Shown here: one piece after another, positions 38,325-47,867 of the stretch
How positions within the stretch are numbered: position 1 is the stretch's first letter
Layout of the letters: each line of letters opens with the position of its first letter
Assembly (NCBI GenBank): GCA_965218195.1
Contig: OZ244593.1
Span: forward strand, 310,893 to 374,892
Source: Chloroflexota bacterium
Lineage (GTDB): Bacteria; Chloroflexota; UBA11872; VXNJ01
DNA length: 64,000 nucleotides
Direction of reading: 5' to 3'
The notes under the pieces: generated by a model
Told to the model about the DNA's origin: nothing
Databases searched by the model: none
Seen by the model: the letters and a program-made list of their open reading frames with translations, nothing else
Made by a program: the position numbers and the translations under genes

Positions 38325-40424
38325 ATGAACACCCAGACGCACGGCGAGCTCGCCACCTTCATCTGGAGCATCTGCAACTTGTTGCGCGGCCCCTACAAGC
38401 GCAACGAGTACCGCAAGGTCATCCTGCCGCTCACCGTGCTGCGGCGCTTCGACTGCGTGCTGGCCGCGACGAAAGAGGAAGTTCTCGCGGCCGATGCCGC
38501 GCACGGCGGATCGAATGAGTCCGTGCGCCGAGGTTTGCTGGAGCAAGCCTCGGGACGGCCCTTCTACAACACCTCCAAGCTCGACTTCCAGCGGCTGCTG
38601 GACGACCCGAGCCTTATCGCGCAGAACCTCGCGGCCTACATCCGCGACTTCTCATCCAACGTGCGCGAGATTATGGAGCGCTTCGACTTCGGCGCGCAGA
38701 TCGAGCGCATGAACGAAAAGAACCTCCTCTTCCAGGTCGTCCAGAGTTTCGCCGGCCTCGACCTCTCGCCCGGGCGCGTCGACAACGCACAGATGGGCTA
38801 CGTCTTCGAGGAGCTGATCCGTATCGGCGCTGAGCAGGCCAACGAGGAGGCCGGGGAGCACTTCACGCCGCGCGAGGTGATCCGGCTGATGGTCAACCTG
38901 CTGCTCTCCCCCGAGCCGGACCTCGGCAAGCCACACAAGGTGAAGACCATCTACGATCCGGCCTGCGGCACCGGCGGCATGTTATCGGTTGCCGAGCAGT
39001 ACCTGCGGGAGCACAACCGCGACGCGAATCCACATCTCTTCGGCCAGGATTGGAACGACGACGCCTGGGCGGTCTGCAAGTCCGACATGCTGATCAAGAG
39101 CGAAAACGCCGAGAACATCGTCCTGGGCGACACGTTCACCAGGGACGGCTACAAGCGCCGCTCCGGCGACCGGCCGGATAAGTTCGACTACATGCTGGCC
39201 AATCCGCCCTTCGGCGTGGAGTGGAAGCAGCAGCGGCGCGAAATCGAGCAGGAGCGCGACTTCCTGGGCTTCGACGGCCGCTTCGGCGCGGGGCTGCCGA
39301 GGATCAACGACGGCTCGCTGCTGTTCCTGCAGCACATGCTGTCGAAGATGCAATCCCTGGACCAAGGCGGCAGCCGCATCGCCATCGTCTTCAACGGCTC
39401 GCCGCTCTTCACCGGCGACGCCGGGAGCGGCGAGAGCAACATCCGCCGGTGGATCATCGAAAACGACTGGCTCGAAACCATCGTGGCGCTGCCCGACCAG
39501 CTCTTCTACAACACCGGCATATTCACCTATGTGTGGGTGCTCACCAACCGCAAGGCCCCGCGTCGCGCGGGCAAGGTCCAGTTGATCGACGGGCGACAGT
39601 TCTTCGTCAAGATGCGCAAGAGCCTGGGCAATAAGCGCAAACAGATCTCACCGGAACAGATCGACGACCTTACGCGCATCCACGGCAATTTCCGGGACGG
39701 CGAGACGCGCGACCTGACGGATGAGGACCCCGTGACGCACGAGCCGCGCACGCGGCCGCGCGTGGTCAGCAACGTGTTCGCGAACGAGGACTTCGGCTAC
39801 CGCAAGGTGACGGTGGAGCGGCCGCTCCGGCTTAACTTCGCCGCCACCGAGGAGCGCATCGCGCGCATCGAGGATGAGCGGCCGTTCCAGAATCTCGCGC
39901 GGAGCAAGAAGCGTCCCGGCCCGGCCCACGACGCCGAAGTGGCCGAAGGACAAGCGCGGCAGGAGGCGATCCGCGACTTGCTGCAAAGCTTGGCGGAGAC
40001 GACCGGAGGTCAGGTCGCGCGCGACCGAGAAATCTTCACGGCAGTTCTGAAGGACGCCGTCCGCGCCGCCGGGCTGCGGCTCTCAGCCTCAGAGCGCAAG
40101 GCCGTGCTCTCGGCGCTGGGCGAGCGCGACCCGCGGGCCGAGATCTGCCGCAACCGCCGAGGCGAACCCGAGCCGGACTCGGAGTTGCGCGACACCGAGA
40201 CGACGCCGCTGCGCGAGGATGTCGACGAATACGTGGCGCGCGAGGTGCTGCCGCACGTTCCCGATGCCTGGATGGACGCGAGCAAGACCAGGATCGGCTA
40301 CGAGATTCCGCTCAACCGGCACTTCTACGTATATGAGCCGCCGCGCCCGCTCGACGCGATCAAGGCCGACTTGCAAGAGCTGGAGCGCGAGATCGCCGGG
40401 CTATTGGCCGAGGTGACCGCTTGA
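38325..40424 (+). CDS. hsdM: Type I RM methyltransferase subunit
   Basis: FIWSICNLLRG, GEHFTPREV, YDPACGTGGML (motif I), NPPF (motif IV); GAGGAG RBS. Confidence 0.95.
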   Translation: MNTQTHGELATFIWSICNLLRGPYKRNEYRKVILPLTVLRRFDCVLAATKEEVLAADAAHGGSNESVRRGLLEQASGRPFYNTSKLDFQRLLDDPSLIAQNLAAYIRDFSSNVREIMERFDFGAQIERMNEKNLLFQVVQSFAGLDLSPGRVDNAQMGYVFEELIRIGAEQANEEAGEHFTPREVIRLMVNLLLSPEPDLGKPHKVKTIYDPACGTGGMLSVAEQYLREHNRDANPHLFGQDWNDDAWAVCKSDMLIKSENAENIVLGDTFTRDGYKRRSGDRPDKFDYMLANPPFGVEWKQQRREIEQERDFLGFDGRFGAGLPRINDGSLLFLQHMLSKMQSLDQGGSRIAIVFNGSPLFTGDAGSGESNIRRWIIENDWLETIVALPDQLFYNTGIFTYVWVLTNRKAPRRAGKVQLIDGRQFFVKMRKSLGNKRKQISPEQIDDLTRIHGNFRDGETRDLTDEDPVTHEPRTRPRVVSNVFANEDFGYRKVTVERPLRLNFAATEERIARIEDERPFQNLARSKKRPGPAHDAEVAEGQARQEAIRDLLQSLAETTGGQVARDREIFTAVLKDAVRAAGLRLSASERKAVLSALGERDPRAEICRNRRGEPEPDSELRDTETTPLREDVDEYVAREVLPHVPDAWMDASKTRIGYEIPLNRHFYVYEPPRPLDAIKADLQELEREIAGLLAEVTA

Positions 40425-41746
40425 ACCGTCCCTACGCCGGCTACCGTGATTCGGGAATAGAGTGGCTCGGCGACGTGCCGGAGCATTGGGAAGTAACTCG
40501 ACTGAAGTGGTCAGTCGCTAGAACCGTCAACGGCGTTTGGGGAAGCGAACCCGACGGCGACAATGACATTGCCTGCGTTCGGGTCGCGGATTTCAACCGC
40601 CGTAGCCTGCGAGTTAACTTTGACGATCCGACGATGCGAGCTATCAGCCCGTCGGAGCGCATTGGGCGCGAGCTCGCGGCAGGGGATTTGCTTTTGGAAA
40701 AGTCCGGTGGCGGCGAGAAACAGATGGTTGGCTGTGTAGTTTTCTTCAATCATGACGAGCCAGCTGTCAGTTCCAATTTCATTGCGCGAATAACTATCGC
40801 CCCAGGCGGAAACTCGAAGTTTTGGACATATGTGCATGCGGCCCTCTATGCCGGGAAACTCAACTACCCCGCAATCAAACAGACGACCGGAATCCAGAAT
40901 CTCGACTCCAATATGTACTTCGACACGCTTGTAGGATTTCCACCGCCAGCCGAGCAAGAGGCGATTGCGGTATTCCTGGACCGGGAGACCGAGCGCATCG
41001 ACGCGCTGGTGGCGAAGCAGCAGCGGCTCATCGAGCGCTTGCAGGAATACCGCACCGCGCTGATCACGCGCACGGTGACGCGCGGCCTGCCGCCCGAGGC
41101 GGCCCGCGCCGCCGGCCTCGACCCGTCACCCCGCATGAAGCCGTCAGGCGTGGAGTGGCTCGGCGACGTGCCGGAGCACTGGGAGGTGAAGCAATTGCGA
41201 CGTGCTGTCGTTCTCCAGCGCGGCCACGATCTTCCAAATGACGAACGCGAAACTGGTGACATACCGGTCGTATCGTCTGCCGGCGTCTCCGATAGCCATA
41301 GTGTCGCAGCGGGCAACGGACCAGCAGTTGTCACGGGACGATATGGTTCTATCGGGGAATTCCATCTAGTCGATGGGCCGTTCTGGCCGTTGAATACGAC
41401 GCTCTACTCGATCAACCTTTGCGGGAACGAAGTCAGATTTCTTCGCTACCTACTGATGAATCTCAAGCATCTGTTTATCGTGAACGCCGTGAAGTCGGCA
41501 GTCCCGGGAGTTGACCGCAATGATCTCCACCCAGTCGCAACAGTTCTGCCCCCGCCTACAGAGCAGACAGCCATTGCTGACTACCTAGACTCTCGTCTAA
41601 CTCGAATTTGCAGCACTTCTGCCAAGGCTGAGGCCTTGATCGCCCGTCTTCAGGAGTACCGCACCGCCCTCATCACCGCTGCTGTGACCGGCAAGATCGA
41701 CGTGCGCGAAGCGGCGCACGCGCCGGTCGCGGCTGCTACCGCATAG
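40421..41746 (+). CDS. hsdS: Type I RM specificity subunit
   Basis: Two TRDs framed by SG(I/V)EWLGDVPEHW and PP.EQ.AI..LD..LQEYRTALIT. Confidence 0.95.
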   Translation: MNRPYAGYRDSGIEWLGDVPEHWEVTRLKWSVARTVNGVWGSEPDGDNDIACVRVADFNRRSLRVNFDDPTMRAISPSERIGRELAAGDLLLEKSGGGEKQMVGCVVFFNHDEPAVSSNFIARITIAPGGNSKFWTYVHAALYAGKLNYPAIKQTTGIQNLDSNMYFDTLVGFPPPAEQEAIAVFLDRETERIDALVAKQQRLIERLQEYRTALITRTVTRGLPPEAARAAGLDPSPRMKPSGVEWLGDVPEHWEVKQLRRAVVLQRGHDLPNDERETGDIPVVSSAGVSDSHSVAAGNGPAVVTGRYGSIGEFHLVDGPFWPLNTTLYSINLCGNEVRFLRYLLMNLKHLFIVNAVKSAVPGVDRNDLHPVATVLPPPTEQTAIADYLDSRLTRICSTSAKAEALIARLQEYRTALITAAVTGKIDVREAAHAPVAAATA

Positions 41747-41753
41747 GCGAATC

Positions 41754-44700
41754 GTGAGCAGCCAGACGCACGAGCAAGCGTTCGAATCGACCGTCGAGTC
41801 GATGCTCGTTGCGGGCGGCTGGCGCTCAGGCGACCTGGCCGAGTGGGACACCGGGCGGGCGCTGTTCCCTGCGCGCGCCGTCGATTTCCTGCGGGCAACG
41901 CAGCCCGAACAGTGGGACGCCATGACCGGTCTGCACGGCGGCAACCTGGAGCGCCTGATCGTCGAGGCCCTCGTCAGGGAGCTCGACCTCAAGGGCACGC
42001 TGGACGTGCTGCGCCACGGCTTCAAGTTCTACGGCAAGACCTTCCGCCTCGCCGACTTCCGGCCCGCGCACGGTCTGGTCCCGGAGACCCTGGCGCGGTT
42101 CGCGCGCAACGAGCTAACGGTCACGCGGCAAGTCCCGTGTCACCCCGGCGGCGGCGCAACCGTGGACCTGGTCTTCGCGCTCAACGGCCTGCCGGTAGCC
42201 ACCTGCGAGCTCAAGAATCCGATGACGGGCCAGACCTGGCGCAGCGCCGTGCGGCAGTACCAGCAGGACCGCGACCCCAACGCTCCCATCTTCAAGTTCC
42301 GCAAGCGCGCCCTGGTCCACTTCGCCGCCGACCCCGAAGAGATCCATATGACGACGCGCCTGGCGGAGGAACAGACGCGCTTCCTTCCGTTCAACCGGGG
42401 CAGCCGGCCCGGCGATGTCCGCTGCGGCGCTGGCAACCCGCCGCACCCTTCGGGCTACCGCACCGGCTACTTCTGGCGAGAAGTGCTTGAACGCGAGCGG
42501 TTTCTGGACATTCTCGGCTCGTATATGTTCGTCGAGCGCCGCGACGAGAAGGTCGAGGACGATAAGGGCGCGCGCACCGTGAAGCGCGAGACGCTGATCT
42601 TCCCGCGCTATCACCAGCTGGACGCCGTGGGCCGCCTGGTCGCATCCGCCGCGGCGGACGGACCGGGGCGCAACTATCTCATCCAGCACTCTGCCGGTAG
42701 CGGCAAGACCAACAGTATCTCGTGGCTCTCGCACCGCCTCGCCAGCCTGCACGACGACGCCGACTCGAAGGTCTATCACTGCGTGGTGGTCATCACCGAC
42801 CGCCGCGTGCTCGACCGGCAGCTTCAGGACGCCGTCTACCAGATCGAGCACGCCCAAGGCGTGGTGAAGGCTATCGACAAGGATTCGAAGCAACTGGCGA
42901 GCGCCCTGGTGGATGGGACGATGATCGTTATCACCACGCTGCAGAAGTTCCCCTTCGTGATGCGGGGCCTCTTGTCCATCGCCGGCGCCGATGCGCCGGA
43001 CGCGCCCGGCGAGGCCGAGCGTGCGCAGGCGGCAGAGTGGCGCAAGGCTATCTCCACCCGGCGCTACGCGGTGATCGTGGACGAGGCGCACTCTAGCCAG
43101 TCGGGGGAGAGCGCGCGCGAGATGAAGGCAATTCTCGGCGCGCGGGCGCAAGACGCCGTGGCGAATGCCGAGGACTGGGAAGACGGACTCAACGCGGTGG
43201 TCGAGTCGCGCGGCCCGCAGCCCAACATCTCGTTCTTCGCGTTCACGGCGACCCCGAAGGGTAAGACGCTGGAGCTGTTTGGACGCCCCGGGTCGAGCGG
43301 CAAGCCGGAAGCGTTTCACGTCTACAGCATGAGGCAGGCGATCGAGGAGCGGTTCATCCTGGACGTGCTGAAGCACTACACGGATTACGACACCTACTAC
43401 CGGCTGTTGAAGCAGGCGGAGGATGACCCGGAGCTCCCCAAGCGCAAGGCGGCCGCTGCCCTGGCGAAGTTCATGCGGCTGCACCCCTACAACATCGCGC
43501 AGAAGACCGAAGTGATCGTGGAGCACTTCCGCAGCAACGTCCGGCACCATATGGAGGGCCGGGCCAAGGCGATGGTGGTGACTTCGGGACGGCTGCACGC
43601 CGTGCGCTACATGCGGGCGTTCCAGCGCTACATCGCCGAAAAGGCGTACGACGACGTGCGGCCGCTGGTGGCCTTCAGCGGCACGGTCCGCGATCCGGAC
43701 ACCGGCGAGCAGTTCACCGAGCCCCGCATGAACATCGACGTGGTGACGGGGAGGTCGATCAGCGAAGCGGCGCTGCCTACCCGCTTCGGCTCGCCCGACT
43801 ACCAAATCCTGCTCGTGGCGGAGAAGTACCAGACCGGGTTCGATCAGCCGTTGCTGCAAGCGATGTACGTGGACAAGCGCCTGGACGGCGTGCAGGCCGT
43901 GCAGACGCTCTCGCGGCTCAACCGCATGTCGCCGGGCAAGGCGCCCCCGTTCGTGCTCGACTTCGTGAACGATCCGGAGGACATCCGCCGCGCGTTCGAG
44001 CCCTACTACGACCGGACCGAGTTGTTGGCGAAGTCCGACCCGCACCGGCTGGAAGAGCTGAAGTACGAGCTCGACGGGATGCAGGTATATCACTCGTCGG
44101 AGGTGGACGCCTTCGCGCGGGTCTTCTACCTGCCCGCCGCGCGACAGCGGGCGGCAGACCATGCGCGCCTGGAAGAAGCGCTCCACCCCGCCCGCGATCG
44201 CTTTCGGGCGTTCGACGAGGACGAACAGACGGCGTTCCGCGACCGCTTGGGCGCGTTCGTGAACCTGTATGCCTTCCTTAGTCAGGTCATTCCCTACGGC
44301 GACAGCGAGCAGGAGCGCCTTGCCTCGTTCGGCCGCGCCCTGCTGCCGCACTTGCTGTCAGAACGAGACGACGACGCGATCAACCTGGGCGAGGACGTCG
44401 AGCTGGCGTACTACCGACTGCAGCGGGTGTCGTCGGGCGCGATCAGCCTGGGCGAAGAGACCGGCGCATACGTCGTTAGCCCGACCGAGGTGGGCACGGG
44501 CAATCCGGAGGAGGATCTGGCCCCTCTCTCCGAGATCATCAAGCGCCTTAACGAACGGTTCGGGACGAACTTTACGGATGAGGACCGCCTGTTCTTCGAG
44601 CAAGTGAAGGCGCGCGCCATTCGCAACGAACGCATCCGCCAGACCGCCCTGGCAAACACGCTGGAAAAGTTCAGCCTGGGTATCCGGCCCGAGATCGGGA

Positions 44701-44843
44701 AGCTGATGATGGAGCGGATGGGTGAAAACGACGCGCTGGTTACCAGATACCTGAGCGATACGGACTTCCAAAGCGTTGCGTTCGAGGTGCTGGCGCGCGA
44801 GATCTTCGAGGCGGTCGAGACCCGTCCGCTTCGCGCGACATGA
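41754..44843 (+). CDS. hsdR: Type I RM restriction subunit
   Basis: ELKNP nuclease motif, QHSAGSGKT, DEAH, QTGFDQP, AVQTLSRLNR. Confidence 0.95.
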   Translation: MSSQTHEQAFESTVESMLVAGGWRSGDLAEWDTGRALFPARAVDFLRATQPEQWDAMTGLHGGNLERLIVEALVRELDLKGTLDVLRHGFKFYGKTFRLADFRPAHGLVPETLARFARNELTVTRQVPCHPGGGATVDLVFALNGLPVATCELKNPMTGQTWRSAVRQYQQDRDPNAPIFKFRKRALVHFAADPEEIHMTTRLAEEQTRFLPFNRGSRPGDVRCGAGNPPHPSGYRTGYFWREVLERERFLDILGSYMFVERRDEKVEDDKGARTVKRETLIFPRYHQLDAVGRLVASAAADGPGRNYLIQHSAGSGKTNSISWLSHRLASLHDDADSKVYHCVVVITDRRVLDRQLQDAVYQIEHAQGVVKAIDKDSKQLASALVDGTMIVITTLQKFPFVMRGLLSIAGADAPDAPGEAERAQAAEWRKAISTRRYAVIVDEAHSSQSGESAREMKAILGARAQDAVANAEDWEDGLNAVVESRGPQPNISFFAFTATPKGKTLELFGRPGSSGKPEAFHVYSMRQAIEERFILDVLKHYTDYDTYYRLLKQAEDDPELPKRKAAAALAKFMRLHPYNIAQKTEVIVEHFRSNVRHHMEGRAKAMVVTSGRLHAVRYMRAFQRYIAEKAYDDVRPLVAFSGTVRDPDTGEQFTEPRMNIDVVTGRSISEAALPTRFGSPDYQILLVAEKYQTGFDQPLLQAMYVDKRLDGVQAVQTLSRLNRMSPGKAPPFVLDFVNDPEDIRRAFEPYYDRTELLAKSDPHRLEELKYELDGMQVYHSSEVDAFARVFYLPAARQRAADHARLEEALHPARDRFRAFDEDEQTAFRDRLGAFVNLYAFLSQVIPYGDSEQERLASFGRALLPHLLSERDDDAINLGEDVELAYYRLQRVSSGAISLGEETGAYVVSPTEVGTGNPEEDLAPLSEIIKRLNERFGTNFTDEDRLFFEQVKARAIRNERIRQTALANTLEKFSLGIRPEIGKLMMERMGENDALVTRYLSDTDFQSVAFEVLAREIFEAVETRPLRAT

Positions 44844-44869
44844 TGGTGGTTTTGACAATTAAGCGCATC

Positions 44870-44898
44870 TTGACATCAACACGACAAGGCATCATGAT
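44870..44898 (+). promoter_or_regulatory. vapBC promoter with overlapping palindrome
   Basis: TTGACA (44870-75), 17 nt, CATGAT (44893-98); ATCATGAT palindrome; second TTGACA at 44852. Confidence 0.6.
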
Positions 44899-44904
44899 GA
44901 CTCT

Positions 44905-45162
44905 ATGAGAACGACCCTGACGCTCGACGACGACATAGCCGACGCGCTGAGGGAACAGGCGCGGCTGCTCGATAAGCCGTTCAAGCAGGTGGTCAACGAC
45001 ACGCTGCGCCGGGGGATGTCGCCATCGCCCCCGGACGACCGGCCGGTCTTTCGTGTCAAACCGCTCTCCGGTGGGTTCCTGCCGGGAGTCGACCTCCTCA
45101 GGCTCAACCAACTCAACGATCAACTCGAAGTCGAGGAGTTCCTCAAGAAGAGCGCTGGGTGA
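44905..45162 (+). CDS. vapB: VapB-type RHH antitoxin
   Basis: MRTTLTLDDD..FKQVVNDTLRRG; overlaps the PIN gene. Confidence 0.85.
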   Translation: MRTTLTLDDDIADALREQARLLDKPFKQVVNDTLRRGMSPSPPDDRPVFRVKPLSGGFLPGVDLLRLNQLNDQLEVEEFLKKSAG

Positions 45163-45584
45163 TAGTCCCTGACGTGAACCTGCTGGTCTACGGCTACAAC
45201 GACGCGGCGCCTCTGCACGACCCGGCTCGCCGCTGGTGGGAAGGCCTCGTGAACGGAACGGAGCTGGTCGGGGTCCCGTGGGTGGTGGTCGCGGGGTTCG
45301 TTCGTGTGCTGACCCATCGAAGTGTACGAGAGCAGCCCGCAACGCCCGCGCAGGCGGTGGAGTTCGTGGAGGAGTGGTTCCGCCTTCCCAACGTCACTCC
45401 GCTGAACCCAGGCAGTGAGCACCTCAAACTTTTCCGTCGGGCCCTGGCCGCCGCGGGGGTCGGGGGCAATTTGGTCACCGACGCCCACGTCGCCGCCTTG
45501 GCCATCGAGTACCAGGCGGAGGTGCATTCCAACGACAGTGACTTCGGCCGCTTCCCCGGGCTCCGCTGGCGCAATCCGCTCTGA
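45159..45584 (+). CDS. vapC: VapC PIN-domain toxin
   Basis: IVPDVNLLVY, GNLVTDAHVAALAIE, SNDSDFGRF. Confidence 0.92.
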   Translation: MIVPDVNLLVYGYNDAAPLHDPARRWWEGLVNGTELVGVPWVVVAGFVRVLTHRSVREQPATPAQAVEFVEEWFRLPNVTPLNPGSEHLKLFRRALAAAGVGGNLVTDAHVAALAIEYQAEVHSNDSDFGRFPGLRWRNPL

Positions 45585-45684
45585 CCGTGACGGCCCGCGC
45601 AACGTTAGAGTTGCGCTTTCCGTGAGCAAGTCGGATGCGCGGTCGGTCTCCGGTCGGTCCCCGGCAACACAGCCGTCACCCCGG

Positions 45685-46266
45685 ATGGTCGGCTCCAGGC
45701 TCCACACGATCGGCGCGCCCCAACTCCTCAACCTGAACCATACCGCCTTGTTCTGCTCGGTTCGCTGTCCGGGAGACCTGATACTCAAGACTTACGATCT
45801 CGCGAGGTTGCTGCGGGACGCCGGCACGCCCGTGATAGCGGGATTCCAGAGTCCTATGGAAAAGGACTGCCTGGAAATTCTGCTCAGAGGCAGGCAGCCG
45901 GTAGTGATCTGTCCGGCTCGCGGAGTGGGTCGAATGCGAATCCCGCGTGCGTGGAGGGGACCGATTGCCGAGAGCCGCCTGCTGATCGTGTCGCCGTTCG
46001 ACGACACGCAGCGCCGCGCTACGGCAAAGCTGGCCCGAGCGCGTAACGAATTCGTCGCCCGGCTAGCCCGCGCGCTGCTGTTCATTCACGCCGCCCCCGG
46101 AGGCAAGATCGAGGAGCTTGCTAAACGGACCGTCGCCGGGGACAAACCCGTCTTTACGCTGCAAAGCCCGAATAACGCCAACCTGGTCGAGCTAGGCATC
46201 CGACCGGTCAAGGTTAGAGATGTGCCGGATCTTCTATCCGAAACCCTGGAGACGACCTCCGACTAG
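45685..46266 (+). CDS. Short DprA/SMF-like (SLOG fold) protein; start uncertain
   Basis: ALFCSVRCPG, VIAGFQSPMEKDCL, RLLIVSPF, ARNEFVA; Rossmann core only. Confidence 0.7.
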   Translation: MVGSRLHTIGAPQLLNLNHTALFCSVRCPGDLILKTYDLARLLRDAGTPVIAGFQSPMEKDCLEILLRGRQPVVICPARGVGRMRIPRAWRGPIAESRLLIVSPFDDTQRRATAKLARARNEFVARLARALLFIHAAPGGKIEELAKRTVAGDKPVFTLQSPNNANLVELGIRPVKVRDVPDLLSETLETTSD

Positions 46267-46315
46267 CTCGGCCGCGGCAATACCGCCATCACCGAAGGGC
46301 GGGCCACTTTTTGCG

Positions 46316-47233
46316 CTAGCCGACGGGGGCGGGGGTTTTGATAAAGCCTTTGACCATCTCCCATGTTTCGTCCGCTTCGGCATCCGTTGCCGCGACCATT
46401 GGCGGCGCCATCGCCCGGCCGCAGATGCCCAGCTTTTCCAGCACCGCTTTGCCTCTGGCCAGCGGACTGCCAGCGCCCTCCAGCATCACGCCCGCGAACG
46501 CCACCGCGCGGCGCTGCATTTCGGCGGCGGTTTCCATGTCACCCGCCGCGTACGCCTCAAACAGCCTCACGTTGAGCTCGGGCGCGATGTTCGGGTTCGG
46601 GCCGATCGATCCATCCGCGCCATGCACCAGCGCGGCCAGGAAGTGCGCCTCTCCACCTACCGTGACTCTGAAGTCGGGATCGTCCGCCAGCCGGGCGAGC
46701 ACCTGCTGCAAGTAGGTTATTTGCCCACCGCTGTCCTTTATCCCGGCAAGCCCCGCGTCGCGCATTCGCACGATAGTGTCCGGCTCCGCCGATAGCTTGG
46801 TCATCCCCGGGAAGTGGTAATACAGGATCGGGACAGGCGACGCGTTTATCAGCGTCTCGAACCACGCCGCGATAGCGTCCTGATCGATCGGAAAGTAATA
46901 GGGCGGCGTAACCAGACAGCCGTCGGCGCCGGCGTCGGCGGACGCCTTGATCTGATCTATCGTCGCTTTCAGATTAGGCAGACCCGCTCCGGCGATGACC
47001 GGTACCCTGTCCCCGGAGGCCTCGACCGCGGTCGAGACAGCCAGATGCCGCTGGTCCCAGTCGATGGATTGAAACTCGCCCGAGCTCCCGAGCACGACCA
47101 TGCCGTGAACGCCGCCCGCCAGCACGTAATCGACCAGCCTGACAAGGCCGTCGCGGTCCAGCTTCAGGTCCGGCGTCAGGGGCGTTAGCAACGCCGGCAT
47201 CGCCCCCCGAATTCTGAGCAGTATCTCGTTCAA
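46316..47233 (-). CDS. DapA/NAL-family aldolase
   Basis: LGSSGEF, VTPPYYF, LYYHFP, AGIKDSGG (Schiff-base Lys). Confidence 0.88.
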   Translation of the reverse strand: MNEILLRIRGAMPALLTPLTPDLKLDRDGLVRLVDYVLAGGVHGMVVLGSSGEFQSIDWDQRHLAVSTAVEASGDRVPVIAGAGLPNLKATIDQIKASADAGADGCLVTPPYYFPIDQDAIAAWFETLINASPVPILYYHFPGMTKLSAEPDTIVRMRDAGLAGIKDSGGQITYLQQVLARLADDPDFRVTVGGEAHFLAALVHGADGSIGPNPNIAPELNVRLFEAYAAGDMETAAEMQRRAVAFAGVMLEGAGSPLARGKAVLEKLGICGRAMAPPMVAATDAEADETWEMVKGFIKTPAPVG

Positions 47234-47282
47234 TCGAGTCCCCCTTTCAGGTCCGAAAGAGCCGCGCGTAAACAGGCTCTGC

Positions 47283-47310
47283 CGTCATTCTCGCAACAGC
47301 GGGAATCCAG
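47283..47310 (+). repeat. Degenerate CGTC-type REP
   Basis: CGTCATTCTCGCAACAGCGGGAATCCAG. Confidence 0.75.
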
Positions 47311-47867
47311 TGTATGCCATTCGAATGTCGAATAAGCCTCGCAAACGGGCCAAATTGTGAGGCGGGCGCGAGGGGCGCGTCGACTGTGATTAGGTGAGCC
47401 TGTCGAACCACGCCCTCTAGTAAGGCCAATCTATTCACGCCCCCGCCCCCTTAGGGCACTCCGCCAACCGGCCCGACCGTTTATTCGTGCGGGCCAGTTT
47501 GAAATCCGCGGTCTCCTTGCTGGCCGTAGGCGACCTGCGGTTGATAGCCTTGTCAGAAACAGCCAAGGAGAGCCAGACATCAAGCGAACGCCAGCCCCTC
47601 TAATACACCTCGTTTGCCGCATCGTCAAATATGCCGTTTTTCAGAGTTCACAGGGTAATTTTCAAGAAATTCATGAAAAAAGGGTGTTTCCACCCATTCC
47701 TTCGTCCCGGCAAAGCGTGCATCCGCGACCGTGGCGGCGGTTCGCCAACCGCCCCGATATCCGCCCGCCCCCGCCGGGCTGTCAACTGGCGCGTGTTAGG
47801 TTAAATCGGTCACACTATTAGCCATTGGATAGACGGCGTAGTTTTGTTTGTCAGATCGGAGACTTGC

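Noticed and set aside
42114-44351. 745-aa antisense ORF
   Set aside because: Shadow of hsdR, expected from high-GC codon bias; no recognisable motifs.
47420-47860. Moco or purine riboswitch
   Set aside because: Could not match the conserved motifs by eye; needs an Rfam scan.
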